Assembly (NCBI RefSeq): GCF_018350175.1
Contig: NC_058368.1
Location: 62,064,001-62,128,000 of the forward strand
DNA from: Felis catus
Lineage: Eukaryota
Direction: 5' to 3'
Length of the DNA: 64,000 nt
In this document: piece after piece, positions 13,541 through 26,749 of the stretch
Numbering within the stretch: position 1 is the stretch's first letter
How the letters are laid out: the number at the start of each line of letters is the position of its first letter
Translations under genes and position numbers: made by a program
Notes under the pieces: model-generated
What the model was told of the DNA's origin: nothing
Seen by the model: only the letters and a program-made list of their open reading frames with translations
Databases searched by the model: none

Positions 13541-13772
13541 AAATTTCTTGATTTTTTTTTTTTTTTAGTTTTACTTTCTAACAGTGTATCTCTACACTGA
13601 TAATTCAGGTTTTTTTTTTCTTATTTTGTAAATTTTACTTTAATAGTTGCTCTTGGTTAATATTTCTATGGAATATACTATTTCTAGTTTTTACTTACAA
13701 TCTGAGTGTATATTTGGAAATGTATTTCCAGTCTCAAGATGTCTTTTCATAGAGTTTTTACAGCATGTTTTT

Positions 13773-14009
13773 TTTTGTTTTTTTTTTTTTTTTAATTTTT
13801 TTTCAACTTTTTTTATTTATTTTTGGGACAGAGAGAGACAGAGCATGAACGGGGGAGGGGCAGAGAGAGAGGGAGACACAGAATCGGAAACAGGCTCTAG
13901 GCTCTGAGCCATCAGCCCAGAGCCTGACGCCGGGCTCGAACCCACGGACCGCGAGATCGTGACCTGGCTGAAGTCGGACGCTTAACCGACTGCGCCACCC
14001 AGGCGCCCC
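13773..14009 (-). mobile_element. Young CAN-SINE (SINEC_Fc)
   Basis: CpG-rich, long T tail; perfect TSD tacagcatgttttt at 13759-13772 and 14010-14023. Confidence 0.97.
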
Positions 14010-14339
14010 TACAGCATGTTTTTAAAGCACTGGTATACAAGCATCCATCACTATTTGAATGCATTAACTAATTAGTTTAGATAAGTCGTGAGAGCTAAGA
14101 TGGCAAATATGATCTGAAAGAAATATCTTACAAGTTCATCTGACTTTTCTATTATTTAATCCCAAGATTGAATAGCCAGACTTTGAATATCAAGGGTTTG
14201 GATGATGAAAAATCCATTTATTTAGTTTTAGTTTACTGTCTCACTAAGTGATTTCTTCTTGCTTTAACAGTTTGATATTTCTATCTCCTTGGCACTTTTT
14301 TTTGGATTAAATATTTTTTGTTGCTGTAGAGCTCATTAT

Positions 14340-16300
14340 GGTATTAGTGCTAAATTTTTTGTTATTCGTCATTATCAGGTTGGGAGATTTTCCTTCTACC
14401 TACGTGGTGTTGTTTTTTCTAACTATGAATGGGTTTTGATGTTTGTCAAATACTTTTTTGTCTCTTTAATAAAGGGATATCATATATATTTTTCTCTTTT
14501 ATTTTATAAGTAACAAATGACACTGAATAATTTTCAAATGTTAAAACACCCTTTGCATCTCAGATAAATCCAACTTGCAAAGTTGCATTATATTTTGTAC
14601 ATCTAGCTGGGATTAATATGTTATATATTGCCACTTTTGTGCAGCTTAAAGTCAGGGTTATGTTGGCCTAATAAAATAAGCTTAGAGTTGCTCTTTCAAA
14701 CTTTATTTTTCTTAAAAAAAGTTTATATATTATTTCTTTCTTCAGTGTTTTATAAAATTCATGAGTGAAGTGATGTCAAAATGGAGTTTGACAATTTGTT
14801 TGTAATGTTTAATTCAATTTCTTCAATCACTGTAGTGGTGTTCAGATTTTCTAATTTTTCATGGTGTTAACTTTGTCTTTTTTTCTTCCTTCCTTCAGTC
14901 TAGCTAAAAGTTTGTCAGTTTAATTTCTTTTTAATGTTTATTTATTATTGAGAGACGGAGAGAGACAGAGCACGAGCAGGGGAAGGGCAGAGAGAGAGGA
15001 GGGCAGACACAGAATCCGAAGCAGGCTCCAGACTCTGAGCTGTGAGCTCAGAGCCTGACACAGGGCTCGGGCTCACAAACTGAGAGATCATGACCTGAGC
15101 TAAAGTTGGATGCTTTCCCGACTGAGCCACCCAGGTGCCCCTAAAAGTTTGTCAGTTTAATTGTACTTTTCAAAAACTAACTTTTCATTGCCCATATGTA
15201 TGTGTGTTTTAAATTCCTTTTATTCATTTGCTTTCCAGTTTATTAATTTCTGCTCCTATAATTATTGCCTAATTTCTGCTGAATTTTGTTTAAAATGCTC
15301 ATCTTTCTCTAGTTTCTTCAGGAAATCTTGGTCATCATTTTACCTTTTTTCTTTACTAATAAAAGTATTTATAGCTATAAATTTATTTCAAGCATTTCCT
15401 TAGCTGTATCCTACAAATTTTGACAGGTTTTGCTATTATTTTCTGTTTAAAATGCTTTCTTATTTTATTTGAAATTTCCTCTTTAATCCATAGATAATTT
15501 AGAATTTTGTGGTTTAGTTTCCAATTATTTGAAAATTTTGTGGACACCACTTGATTATAGGTTTCTAATGCAATTCCAGTGTGGTCAGGGTATACACTCT
15601 TTATACTTTTAAACTAGTAAGATGCATTGGGCTTCATTGTTTTATGAACCCATCATGTGGTCTATGTAGTGCACTTGAAGCCTAGCACAATGCACTTGAA
15701 AACTATGCGAATTTTGTTATTGTTGAGTGTGACATTTTGTAACATCTTAAATTCATAATGTACGTTTGTATCTTATTACAGTACACCTTCAAATGATATT
15801 ACAGCACTTGATATATAACAAGACCCTTCCTTTGTGCTTTTTCCATGATTTGTCCTATTTTTGTCAAATATTCTACTTCAACATGTTTTAAACCTAGGAC
15901 ACATTTTAATATTTCATTTTTGTTCAATCCATTTTCTCACTCTTACTTTTCATATTTTCCAATGTCTTTTTTAAGTTCACTGTTCTTTTGTATTTCACGA
16001 TTTATCTAATATGTTCTTAAGCCCTTGCAGTGAGTTTATAGTTTTAAGCATTTTTTTCTTTTTTTCTAGAACTCTTGCTTGATTCTTTTAAAATATAAAT
16101 ATATTTCCACTTTTCTTTAATACTTTCTTTCCTTTTTTGTTTTTATCTTATTGAACAAATTTAATAGACGTTAAAATCCTGGCCATTTCATTCCACTGTC
16201 TTTATCACTTGTTAGTTTTCCTTTCAACTCATTTTTTTCCTTGTTTATTGTCATACGTTTTACATATTTGCATTAGCAAAGATTTATGATGGAATGCTGG
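14340..16300 (-). mobile_element. Old degraded L1 fragments, interrupted by a SINE (limits approximate)
   Basis: Antisense ORF2-like blocks: gataaatccaacttg, tcagggttatgttggcct, atttatagctataaattt, tccagtgtggtcag. Confidence 0.6.
14926..15141 (-). mobile_element. CAN-SINE inserted in old L1
   Basis: Perfect 21-22 bp TSD (c)taaaagtttgtcagtttaatt at 14904-14925 and 15141-15162. Confidence 0.97.
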
Positions 16301-16526
16301 AGTTGTGAACATTATGCCATTGAATGTTTGGATTTTATTGCCTTCTTAATAGTTTGGTTTTGTTCCAGCAGGTAGCTAAAGCCCTGTGGACCATATTGTA
16401 GCATATTTTTAAACTGTGTTCATGCATGTGTTGAGCATCCTTTCAGCCTAGATTAGTACCGCCCCTAAAGCATAGCCTTTCTTTAGATTTTACTGAATGC
16501 CCAGCTTGTTCAATAACATCTCTCAT

Positions 16527-16998
16527 TGTTATGTATTGGATAGTATCCCCCCCAAAATTCATGTCCCCCTTGAATTCCAGAAGGTGACCTTATCTGGAAA
16601 TAGTCTTTAAAGATATAATTAATTAAGGATCACAAGATTAAATCCTGGATGAGGGTGGGCTTTAAATCTAATGACTGGCATCAGAAAAGGAGAAGACACA
16701 GAGAAGAATGCCATGGTGAAGACAGAGTCATAAAAACAGAGACAGAGGCAAATTGCAATGATATAGCTACAAACCAAGTCATGTCAAGGATTTCCCTGAG
16801 CCACTTACAGATAGAGAAAATGAAGGACCCTTTCTCAGAGTCATATTTACATATTTCTACATATTTGCATTGTGGATAGCAGATGATATAGCTTGACTTT
16901 GGACTTCTGGCCTCCACAACTGTGAGAAAATAATTTTCTGATGTTTAAAGCCACCAAGTTGGTGGTAATTTATTATGGCATCCCTAGGAAATTAATAC
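16527..16998 (+). mobile_element. MaLR MLT1-type solo LTR
   Basis: tgttatg...ccccaaaattcatgt...ttggacttctggcctccacaactgtgagaaaataa...ggtaatttattatggcatccctaggaaa. Confidence 0.85.
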
Positions 16999-17791
16999 CA
17001 TCTTCTAGCTCAATAAGGCATATCACGCTGATGATATTTGGGTCACAGATGAACCTCTGAGCTGACCCTTCCTGAATTTCTAGCCCAAAACTTGTGAGCA
17101 AAATAGAATAGTTGTTTTAAGCCCTACCTAACTTATACCTTATAGATTGGCTCTGTTAATAATAAACCTTCTAGGAATATTTAAAGGTGTCATATTATCA
17201 TAGATTTTTAGGGGACCACAGGTAGAGAAGAGCTTTGTTTGAATTGATTTGTATGTTTGGCTTTTTTCTAATAGAGCTCATTATAAGTCATTGATATATA
17301 GGGAGCTTCTAATATTTTAAAGGCAATGCATAAGAAAATTGGACTGAACATGAGAAAGGTTGTTTGAAATCAAAAGAGCCTTTGTACTCACAACCTGATA
17401 CAGATAAGGTGCAGACTGAAATATTATGTATCTGGGGGAAAAAAAAAGAGTTGTTCTTATTAAAGGAGGACTTAGAGAATGAAAGAAAGACCAGAGGAAA
17501 CACAGCCAAAAGCTGTGGCAAATCATTTCTACGGAGGTGAACGGAGTTCAAATGAGGGAATTGACAATGTAGCATATGCTGGGCTGGAACTGAGAACTTG
17601 TATGAATCCGTAAACTCTTGAGGATTTCTTTTTTTTCACCTTATTTTTGAGTGGGATCATCAGTACTCTCAAACCAAGTTGACATTTCCATTTCAAAATT
17701 AACATTCTCACACTTTTTCTGAGCTTTTTAAATTTTATGTTTGCAATTTGTTTTTATCATTTAAAAATTTTACTTTCAAAAAAGACTCCTC

Positions 17792-18025
17792 GGGGCATCT
17801 GGGTGGCTTACTCGGTTAAGCGTCCAGCTCTTGATTTCAGCTCAGGTCATGGTCTCTTGGTTCAGGTGTCTGAGCCTCATGTCGGGCTCTGTGCTGACAG
17901 CATGGAACCTGCTTGGGATTCTCTCTCTCTTTCTCTCCCTTTCCCTCCCCCCGCCCCTGTCTGCTCCTACCCTTCTCATGTTCTTTCTCCCTCCAAAATA
18001 AATAAATAGATGTGAAAAAAAAAGA
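17792..18025 (+). mobile_element. CAN-SINE
   Basis: ggggcatctgggtggc head, CT tract, aaaataaataaa tail. Confidence 0.92.
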
Positions 18026-18593
18026 AAACCAAGAATTCTGTCTTAATTACTTTAATTCGTGTATTTGTTTCCATTATATAAGCATAAATATTTTTAAAAC
18101 CTCTAATATCATTCCTGATTCTAGAAATAAAGTTCCTTGGTGAAATTCAGTATTTTTCTGCAGTTGTTTTTGTGTGGAGAAAATATCCTGGTTTAAAAAA
18201 AAGCAAAAAAAAAAAACTTGTATTCTGAAGTTACTTGAAAAAAAATATTTTCTATGTGGTTACATTTTCAGTTTGATTTAGAATTAAGTATATTGACTTC
18301 TGTGTACAGTTACAGGATTTGCTTTTGTTATTGATTAAGTTTAATAAGTTATTTGCATGGCTCAAAATCAAAGCTATGTTAAAAAAATTCTTACTTCCAT
18401 TCCTATTTTCTCCATTCAGTTTCCATTCAAAACCACTAGGGAATCATTTTGATTAGTCTCTGGTTTGGTTGTCCGTATTGTGATTACCTAAGATGAAAAT
18501 AAAATTTGATTATTTAAAATATTTAAATATTTTTAATTATTTAAAATATTTCAAATATTATCCTCAATTATTTATTGTAAAATTAATATTGTA

Positions 18594-18705
18594 GGGGCAC
18601 CTGGCTGGCTCAGTCAGTGGAGCACACTGTTCTTGATCTTGGAGTCATGAATTCAAGCCCTACTTTGGGTGTAGAGCTTACTTAAAAAAATAGTTAAAAA
18701 AATAA
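18594..18705 (+). mobile_element. Short CAN-SINE variant lacking the CT tract
   Basis: ggggcacctggctggctcagtcagtggagc...ttcaagccc...gagcttacttaaaaaaa; degenerate TSD aattaat(a/g)tt(g/a)ta. Confidence 0.85.
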
Positions 18706-19289
18706 AATGAATACAATTAATGTTATAGTATTAATATAACATATTAATATTACACAATTAATATTACACATTTAATATTTAAAATTAATATTTTATTTCA
18801 CGTGCATGTGTTTGTGTACACATAAATATGTATGTGTACCTGCACATGTTATTTAACAAAACTAGAATATCCGTATCTACATACATAGCTATACATACAT
18901 AACTATATACCTAGATATATATCTTGTTTCCTAAAGAGGATTAATAGGTGATAAATTAGGCAAATATTTTGCCATGGCTTCTCATGAGCTAACACTGTAA
19001 GAATCCTATTTTTGTGATGCATATTGTGATGATTACAGCCACTACTACTTTCATATCTAAACCTGTAAGATAACAACTAGTCTGAAGTTTTCGTTTTTAA
19101 AGATCTGCCTCTAGAAAAACATATTGTTTGAAAACTATGTCATTAAGGATTTCCACGGAAAATAAAAAAAAAACACTTCAAATATTTAAGGACAATAATT
19201 TTTGATCAATTGATTGATAATGCCCCTGAATATATGTGTGTGTGTGTGTGTGTGTATAGTTACATATATATATAACATATATATATTTA

Positions 19290-20663
19290 CTGTATAAAAA
19301 ACAAAACTGAAAAAAAAATTTTACTCACTTAAAAACAAAAATAGGGGCACCTGGGTGATTCAGTTGGTTAGGCATCTGACACTTGGTTTTGACTCAGGTC
19401 ATGATCTCACAGTTCATGAGATTGAGCCCGGTGTAGGTCTCTGAGCTGACAGCGTGGAGCCTGCTTGGGATTCTCTTTCTTCTTCTTTCTGCTCCTCCCT
19501 CCCCATGCTCTATCTCTCTCAAAATAAATAAACTTTAAAAATAAACCCATTATATGTCAGCATAAAACATATTTTTAAATAAATAACTGCATTTTTTCAA
19601 AACCAAAAAAAGGAATTAATGAGAAGAGTGACATCGCTCTACATTTTGCAGATCTTTTTAACGTCTGACAAATAGAAAGCAGCTTGATAAAAGGAGGAGT
19701 ATTATAATAATTTTCAGGTAATTGTTAATTGTTTTCTTACCACACCAAAAGGTGGCAGAAGGTAGTTTCGTAAGGCTTAGCTGTCATGTAGAATCTGAGA
19801 ATATAACAGTGAACATTTTCTATTCTTACACATTAAAATCCATTGGACTAATTTGAACTCTGAAAAGCCTTTGCCCATATGTACTTTTGTGTCTTCATGC
19901 AATGGTCATTTGGAATGTACTGGTTCACAGAATTACGGAGATGCTCTGAAATTTGACACGTATAATTATTTAATACAAAAATACTGCCAGTCTCATTAGA
20001 TGTTTCTTGAGTATTATGAATCTGTCAAAGTTACAGTGGCAGATACAAGCTTTATAGAATTATATTGCTCCTCAAAGGTTGGATTTTACAATCGGCAGCA
20101 AATACTGTCAGTTTTCTTGAAGTGGATGGCTTACTTTGTTCATTTTTAAGATACTGCCTAACACCCAAATCTGATAGCTCTATTTGTCACTCATTCTTTC
20201 AAATAAAACTGGTGTTTTATGGGGAAAAAAGCAGCTACTTGAGCTTGTAATTCAATCACAAAAATGCTTTTCCTGAAAACAATCATTGCAATTTTATAGG
20301 TACTTATCTTTGGTCACACAGAATATTTCTGTAAAGTATTTCAGAATCAAGATATAAGAAAGTTAATAATTTCACTGCTTCATCAGGGAATTAAATGAAA
20401 CTCGATCCCCTCACTCTCCCACTAGTGAGTTCAAGATAGTGCAGCATGTATACTGCAAATCTAGTGTAGAAAGACTGCCTTTATTAATGGCAAGATGTAA
20501 GCAGTTTTATCCCTGATTTCATGACAATTTTATAAAAATCAACATGGTGAAAAAGACAAATATTGTCTTACTGTTAGTATGAAAATGATCTTGACCTTTT
20601 TAAACCCCTGAAAGTGCCTCAAGGAGCTCCAGGGATGCATAAACCATATTATGAGATCCCATG
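19290..20663. mobile_element. Charlie1-like hAT DNA transposon remnant, interrupted by the SINE at 19344-19545
   Basis: aatgagaagagtgacatcgctctacattttgcagatc and terminal atgaaaatgatcttgacc...cccctgaaagtgcctcaagg...aaccatattatgaga resemble recalled Charlie1 consensus. Confidence 0.75.
19344..19545 (+). mobile_element. CAN-SINE
   Basis: ggggcacctgggtgattcagttggtt head, CT tract, A tail. Confidence 0.92.
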
Positions 20664-21869
20664 ATTTCACTGATTATATTTCTGTGTGTGTATGTGTGTG
20701 TATGTGTGTGTGCATGTGTGTATTTGAAGTCCATTTTTCATAGGTATCACACTTTCTCATTTCAAACAAAGATTGCCTTACTTGATTTATATGTGGCTTA
20801 GTCTCACAAAGTTGTCATTTTTAATTTAATCACTCTCATCTTAAGCTGACAATGATTTGTATAGATCAGTTAATTTGTCCTTCCCAAAATATTTCTAATC
20901 TGTAAAAATTCAACTGCCTATGACCAATTTGAAAGTGTTACTTATTAGTATTCCACTAGCAGAAATTACTGTTTTCTAAAATAATTTAGAATTCACAGAA
21001 GCAAGGTGAATTGCAAATTTTCAAGGTTTCTGCCTGAAAAAAATTAAATTATTGACTAACTTTACTGTATTAAGTTCATAACTCTCTTCTCAGTCAAAGT
21101 CATTGGTTTATCTTTCATTCTATTACGTTATTGCTGTATGTATTCACATGAAGTGTATCAGTGGAGAATATTTTTAAACTATTTTAAACAAAATGATTAT
21201 GAGAATTAAATCACTGGGTATATATTTCTCTAACATTAGTCCGTGAAGATGTGTTATTGGTTTTTGTGTTGTTTCTTATTAGTATTATGGTTTTAAAAAG
21301 CACATGGTTCAATTGAATAAATACATGAGAAGACAGTTCAGGAGAGTCTTATTCTGTTGCCCTGTCCATGTGGATCACAAGTTGTTTCTGCATGAAATAT
21401 TTATCTCCTATTTTCACCTAAGTAAGCACAAATTTGGAATGCTAATCCTAAATTTTGAAAGCTGATGGAAAACATGGAGGGATTTTTATTACGTGATTGT
21501 TTTTCACATTATTATTTATTTAATACTTTTTTTTGGTTGAGTCATTCAGTTAATTTTAAAAGCTCCTCGTGAAAATTTATGGTCTAGGATTTTAGAATTT
21601 AAAGACTGGTCTCTGGAAGAGATTTATAATATACTTTCTGCTTTTTTACTTTAACAGTCATATGTTTTAATAAATACTATTCATAATGTTAAGATTTGGT
21701 GTAGCTTGAAAAAAAAAGTGTTCCCTAAGACTTTGTTCATAAATTTGTAAACACCTTTATTTGCACCCTATAGTCCGTGAAAGTATTCAAAATAAACTCA
21801 ATTTTATGATTAAATTTACTTTTGTACTCAGTTTGTATTTAATGCTGATAATAATGATTTATGTTTATT

Positions 21870-23285
21870 TTAGGTATTAACCCCTTATCTGATACATAAT
21901 TTGAAAATACTCTCTCCCCTTCTGTAAGTTGCCTTGTTATTCTGTGATTGCTGCTTTCTCTGTGCACAGCACTTTACTTTGGTACAGTTCTACTTGTCTA
22001 TTCTTGCTCTTGTTGCCTATGCTGTAAGTGTTATAATCCAGAAAATCATTACCAAGACCAAATGTCAAGGAACTTTTTCCTCTGTTTTCTTCCAAGAGTT
22101 TTAACGTTTCAGTTCTTATGTTTAAGTATTTAAGTATTTGACCCATTTTGTTTTCTTTTGTGAGTGGTTTAAGATAGGAGACTATTTTCTTTCTTCTGTA
22201 TGTGGTCATCCTGTTTTCCCAACACCATTTATTGAAGAGGCTGTACTTTTGCCTTTAAGTATTTTTGCCTCCATTGTATTATATTAGTTGACTGTATATG
22301 CATGAATTTACTTCTGGGCTCTCTATTCTATTTCGTTGGTCTTTATGTCTGTTTTTATGCCAGTAGCATGATATTTTGATGACTATAGTTTTGTAGTATA
22401 GTTTGAAATTAGGAAGTGTGATGCCTTCAGCCTTGTTCTTTCTCAAAATTTCTTTGGCTATTCAAGGTATTTTATAGTTCCATATGATTTTCTGTATTGT
22501 CTTTCCTATTTCTGTTAAATCTGCTATTGGAATTTCAGTAAGGATTGCATTGAATCTATAGATCACTTTGGATAATATCAGCATTGTAACAGTATTAGTT
22601 CTTCTAACCTGTCAACATGAGATATCTTTCCATTTATTTGTGTCTTCTTTGATTTCTTTTGTACAATGTTTTATTGCTTTCGGAGTAGATATTTCACCTC
22701 CTTGGTTAAATTTATTTTATGGTTTGGGTGCTATTGTAAAAAGATTGTCGCTTTTTGGATAGTTTGTTGTTAGTTGTTAAGGTAAAGAAATGCAATTGCT
22801 TTTTGGACAGTGATTTTTACATTCTGAAACTTGACTGAATTCGTTTATTAGTCCTAACATTTTACTGGTGGAGTTTTTAGGGTTTTCTTTGTACAAGATC
22901 ATGCTATCTACAGAGACAATTTTACTTCTTCCTTTCTGATTTGGATGCATTTTATTTCTTTTTTTTTCTTTTTTTTTTTTTCTTTTTTTTTTTTTTTTTG
23001 CTTGGCTAGGACTTTCAGTACTGTGTTGTTTAAGACTAGTAAGAGAATTTCTTATTCCTAATTTTAGAGGAAATTCTTTCAGTGTTTCAGCATCAAGAAT
23101 CATGTTCACTGTGGGTTTACTTTACATGGCCTATGTTATGTTGAGATATGTTTCTTCTATACCCAGTTTATTTGGAGCTTTTTTCAAGAAAGAATGTTCA
23201 ATCTATTTCTGCATCTATTGAGAGGATCATATGATTTATATTCTTCATGTCAACATTTTGCGAATGTGTATTAATAATTTGAAAG
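21870..23285 (-). mobile_element. L1 ORF2 fragment including the RT region
   Basis: Minus-strand ORF track shows L1 ORF2 peptides (FPLKLGIR, SMILYKENPKNSTSKMLGLINEFSQV; LNIRTETLKLLEENRG...GLGNDFL), with stops and frameshifts. Confidence 0.93.
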
Positions 23286-23314
23286 ATTATTCACATTTAC
23301 TGTTGAAACATTTT

Positions 23315-23545
23315 ATCTTTTTAATGTTTATTTGTTTATTTTGAGAAAGAGAGAGATTGAGAGAGAGAGAGAGACAGAGAGAGAGAGAGAGAAAGGTAGA
23401 GCATGAGGGAAAGAGAAAACCCCAAGAAGGTTCCATGCTGTCAGCATGGAGCCTGATGCAGGGCTCAGTCCCATCAATCATGAGATCATGATCTGAGCCC
23501 AAACCAACAGTCGGATGCTTAACCAACTGAGCCATGCAGGCTCCC
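23315..23545 (-). mobile_element. CAN-SINE
   Basis: Antisense SINE with (GA)n tract and T-rich tail. Confidence 0.92.
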
Positions 23546-24134
23546 TAGTAGATTTATTTTTAATAAGGAAGGAATCCTGAAAAATCCTCAAAGGGGATCC
23601 TGCATATTTACTGCTAATGGATGTTCACTTACAGTAAGAGAAATGTTAATACTTTATTTTCTAAAATCTCTAAGAAAAGAGTGTCAGAAATTAACAAAAT
23701 ATTCATAATACAGCACACTGAAGAATTTTATTATGAACCAAAGTATCAAATATGAAAAAAGTCAATAAATGAAATTCAAAATATTATATACACTTTGAAG
23801 TTATTGCATTTTATTATTAATTAGTTTGCTATAGAATAGCACATTACAATATGCACACAGGACAAATGTTTTGAACACAGCAAAAGATACTGACTGAAAT
23901 AAAGAATAATGCATTACCATAGAATATATAGATCATTTTGAATGGAATCATAAATTTTCAGTCAAATAAATCAAAGCTGCAAACATTTTCTTGGTTTGAA
24001 ACAGAACTAATCAGCATCCTCAAATGCATTAACCAGAGTTGGCAAAGTGTTTTAATATACCTCTATCATTTATGCAATAGTTATTGCTAAGTAAAAGTCA
24101 TTATATTATGTTCAACATCACAATTTTAAGCTCT

Positions 24135-24376
24135 GGGACATCTGGGTGGTTCAGTTGTTTGAGCGTCTATCTCTTGGTTTCAGCTCAGGTCATGTTATCA
24201 TGGTCATGAGATTGAGTCCCGTGTCAGGTCCCATGCTGGGCATGGAGCCTGCTTGGGATTCTCTCTCTCCCTCTCTCTCTGTCCCTTTCCTGCTTGCACA
24301 CACAGGTGCTCTCTCTCTCTCTCTCTCTCTTTCTTTCTCTCTCTCTCTCAAAATAAATAAATAAACTTAAAAAAAA
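24135..24376 (+). mobile_element. CAN-SINE
   Basis: SINE head, long CT tract, tail; degenerate TSD aattt(t/g)aag(c/g)tctgg. Confidence 0.92.
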
Positions 24377-26090
24377 GAATTTGAAGGTCTGGTATGATTT
24401 AGCATATAAAAATAAATTTAATAAATATAACCATGATTTTATTATTCTGTATTACTTTAGTGATATTAAGACCATTAATGCTCATTCTTCCACTTAGGTA
24501 ATGAGTATATCAAAAAATCCTTAAACTGCCAGCTTTCAAATGACAAAAGAGGTGAAAACATCTTTGAAAAAGACAGATTCTACTAATACAATGTAAAATG
24601 AATTGAAAATTTGAACATGAGATGAAATGTGAAATGTTCATTCTTTTTGTTTAACTTACAGAGTTAAATATAACATGTACATGAGATTTTTAGAAGGATC
24701 AAAACTGCATAAATGTTAAAATGTATTCCCTCTTGCTTCTCCTGACAAAGCTTGTTACTGCCATGTTGAGAAAATTTATTTTTGAAAATAATTTTCTTCA
24801 AAGGTGAATCCACAGACAGATCTTTTCTAGACTTTAAGAAAAGATAAGGAAGTAAATGGGGAAGAAAAAAAAAAGACATTCCAAGAGAGGCATATGAAAG
24901 TCGAAATGCTTTATAAAAGTTAGGTTTCAGGATCTAGTGTAGGCAAGTTTTATAGGTCTCAGGGGACATTTCTTCAGCCAAAAATGTAGTGGCCTTACAC
25001 TTTAAGGCTCTAAACTGAGAAGAAAGAGAGTTAATAAAACTTACATTCTTTTTTCACAGATCTTGAGACATTCAATAAGTGTGTACATGTGCGTGTCTGT
25101 GTGTGTGTATGTGTATGTTTCAAGACTTCTTAAAAGTCATACATAAAAAATCAAGCAAAATGGGAGGAAAATAGAGATCAAGGTAGAACAAAATTAGTGT
25201 TTGAGTAAACTTACAATGTTGCCTTTTTCTACTATTAGCATAGTACTATTAGCATAGCTTGAAGTAACAAACATTTTAGGAAGTTTATTCGTTAACAAGA
25301 ACAACAACAAAGACCAATGCAGAATGACCAATTGGGTCACTGCTGTAAATTTGAATTAAAGGCAAGCTATAGATATTGCTCATCACAGTTCTCCATGTGA
25401 GCACTAAGGATAGAGAAAGAGTGAATTCTGAGCAAATTAGAGGCACTCTGGGGAAATGATAAAGGAGAAATGGACATAGGTCATATTCTCTTAAAACTTT
25501 TCATTAAAGCAAGGGACTTTTGCAAGAAAAATCTATATTTGAGAGAAAGTAAAAAAATACTCGTCCTTGAACTTAATATTTCAACAATGAAATTGGAAGA
25601 AGAAAAAGTTTTAGCTTGGCCACTGAAAAAAATCCATAAAATTCTGCTTCAGAGATACAGCATTAAACAGCAATTTTGAATTTAAGAATCAGTGTACATG
25701 AATTCTCACATGACTTAAACAGCTTAGACAATTGCATCTATAAACTCCTATTTGTCTACAGAGTAATCTTCTTTGCATTGAATTAAATAAATTGGAGATG
25801 ATTTAATATGTTTTTGGCAAAATTTTGAAAGATTTGAAGACTAAAGAAAAACTCATTTACCTGAATATTTCTAGTGACTTGAATGTATTGAACCAATAGA
25901 AATTATTACTTTATTATTACTATATATTATATATTATACACACATATATATATATATATACTATATACTATATATTATTATTATTGTTATTTACTATATT
26001 CTAGGCCCTAGAAATGGAAATAACAAAAACACTTCTCTTGGAGCCTTACCGTCAGAAGCAGCGTAGCACAGTGGAATTACCATGATCTTT

Positions 26091-26313
26091 TTTTTTTTTT
26101 TAATGTTTATATACTTACTTTGAGAGAGAGAAAGATGTGCGTGCATGTGCATGCACAAGTCAGGGAGAGGCAAAAAGAGAGGGAGACAGAGGATCTGGAG
26201 TGAGCTCCACACTGACAGCAGAGAACCCAATGTGGGGCTCAAACCCACGAACTGTGAGATCATTACCTGAGCTGAAGTCAGATGCTTAACTGACTAAACT
26301 CCCCAGTTGCCCC
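26091..26313 (-). mobile_element. CAN-SINE
   Basis: TSD aattac(c/a)atg(a/g)tcttt at 26075-26090 and 26315-26330. Confidence 0.93.
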
Positions 26314-26749
26314 AAATTACAATGGTCTTTGAAACAAAAAGAACCTGAATTCAAATATCTTTTCTAAGTTAAATAGATATGAAACCATCGGTTCGCCTGA
26401 AGTCACTGGGACTTAGTTTGCCTTTTGGTAAATTGGGGACAATAATATGTATCTTTCAAAGTGGTATAGGGGTTATATAGAAAACTCTCTTGTGCATAGT
26501 TACTGCAACAACACTATTTCATCAAACTACAGTTGGCTTTTACTAGATTGTGAATATCTTGAAATAAGAACCATCTGATCTTTTATTATCCCTGTGTCTA
26601 AAACATTGTTAGAGTATGGAAATGTTTTGAACTTAAGCACTCTATACGTTTGTTGAATTCAATTATTCACTATAGCTTGGTTTTGCGTATTACTGGAATA
26701 CAAAAACGAAGTAAAGAAACCCAAAACAAACTCCAAATGCCATGAAATC

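Noticed and set aside
270..23285. Three similar blocks (270-1210, 12932-13540, 22500-23285) suggesting a segmental duplication
   Set aside because: All are the same L1 ORF2 region with different boundaries, different flanks and high mutual divergence; independent L1 insertions.
24660..24831. Possible minus-strand exon (pyrimidine tract plus AAG acceptor; TCT|GTAAGT donor)
   Set aside because: Weak exonic donor context, AT-rich, stops in all frames; such sites are common by chance.
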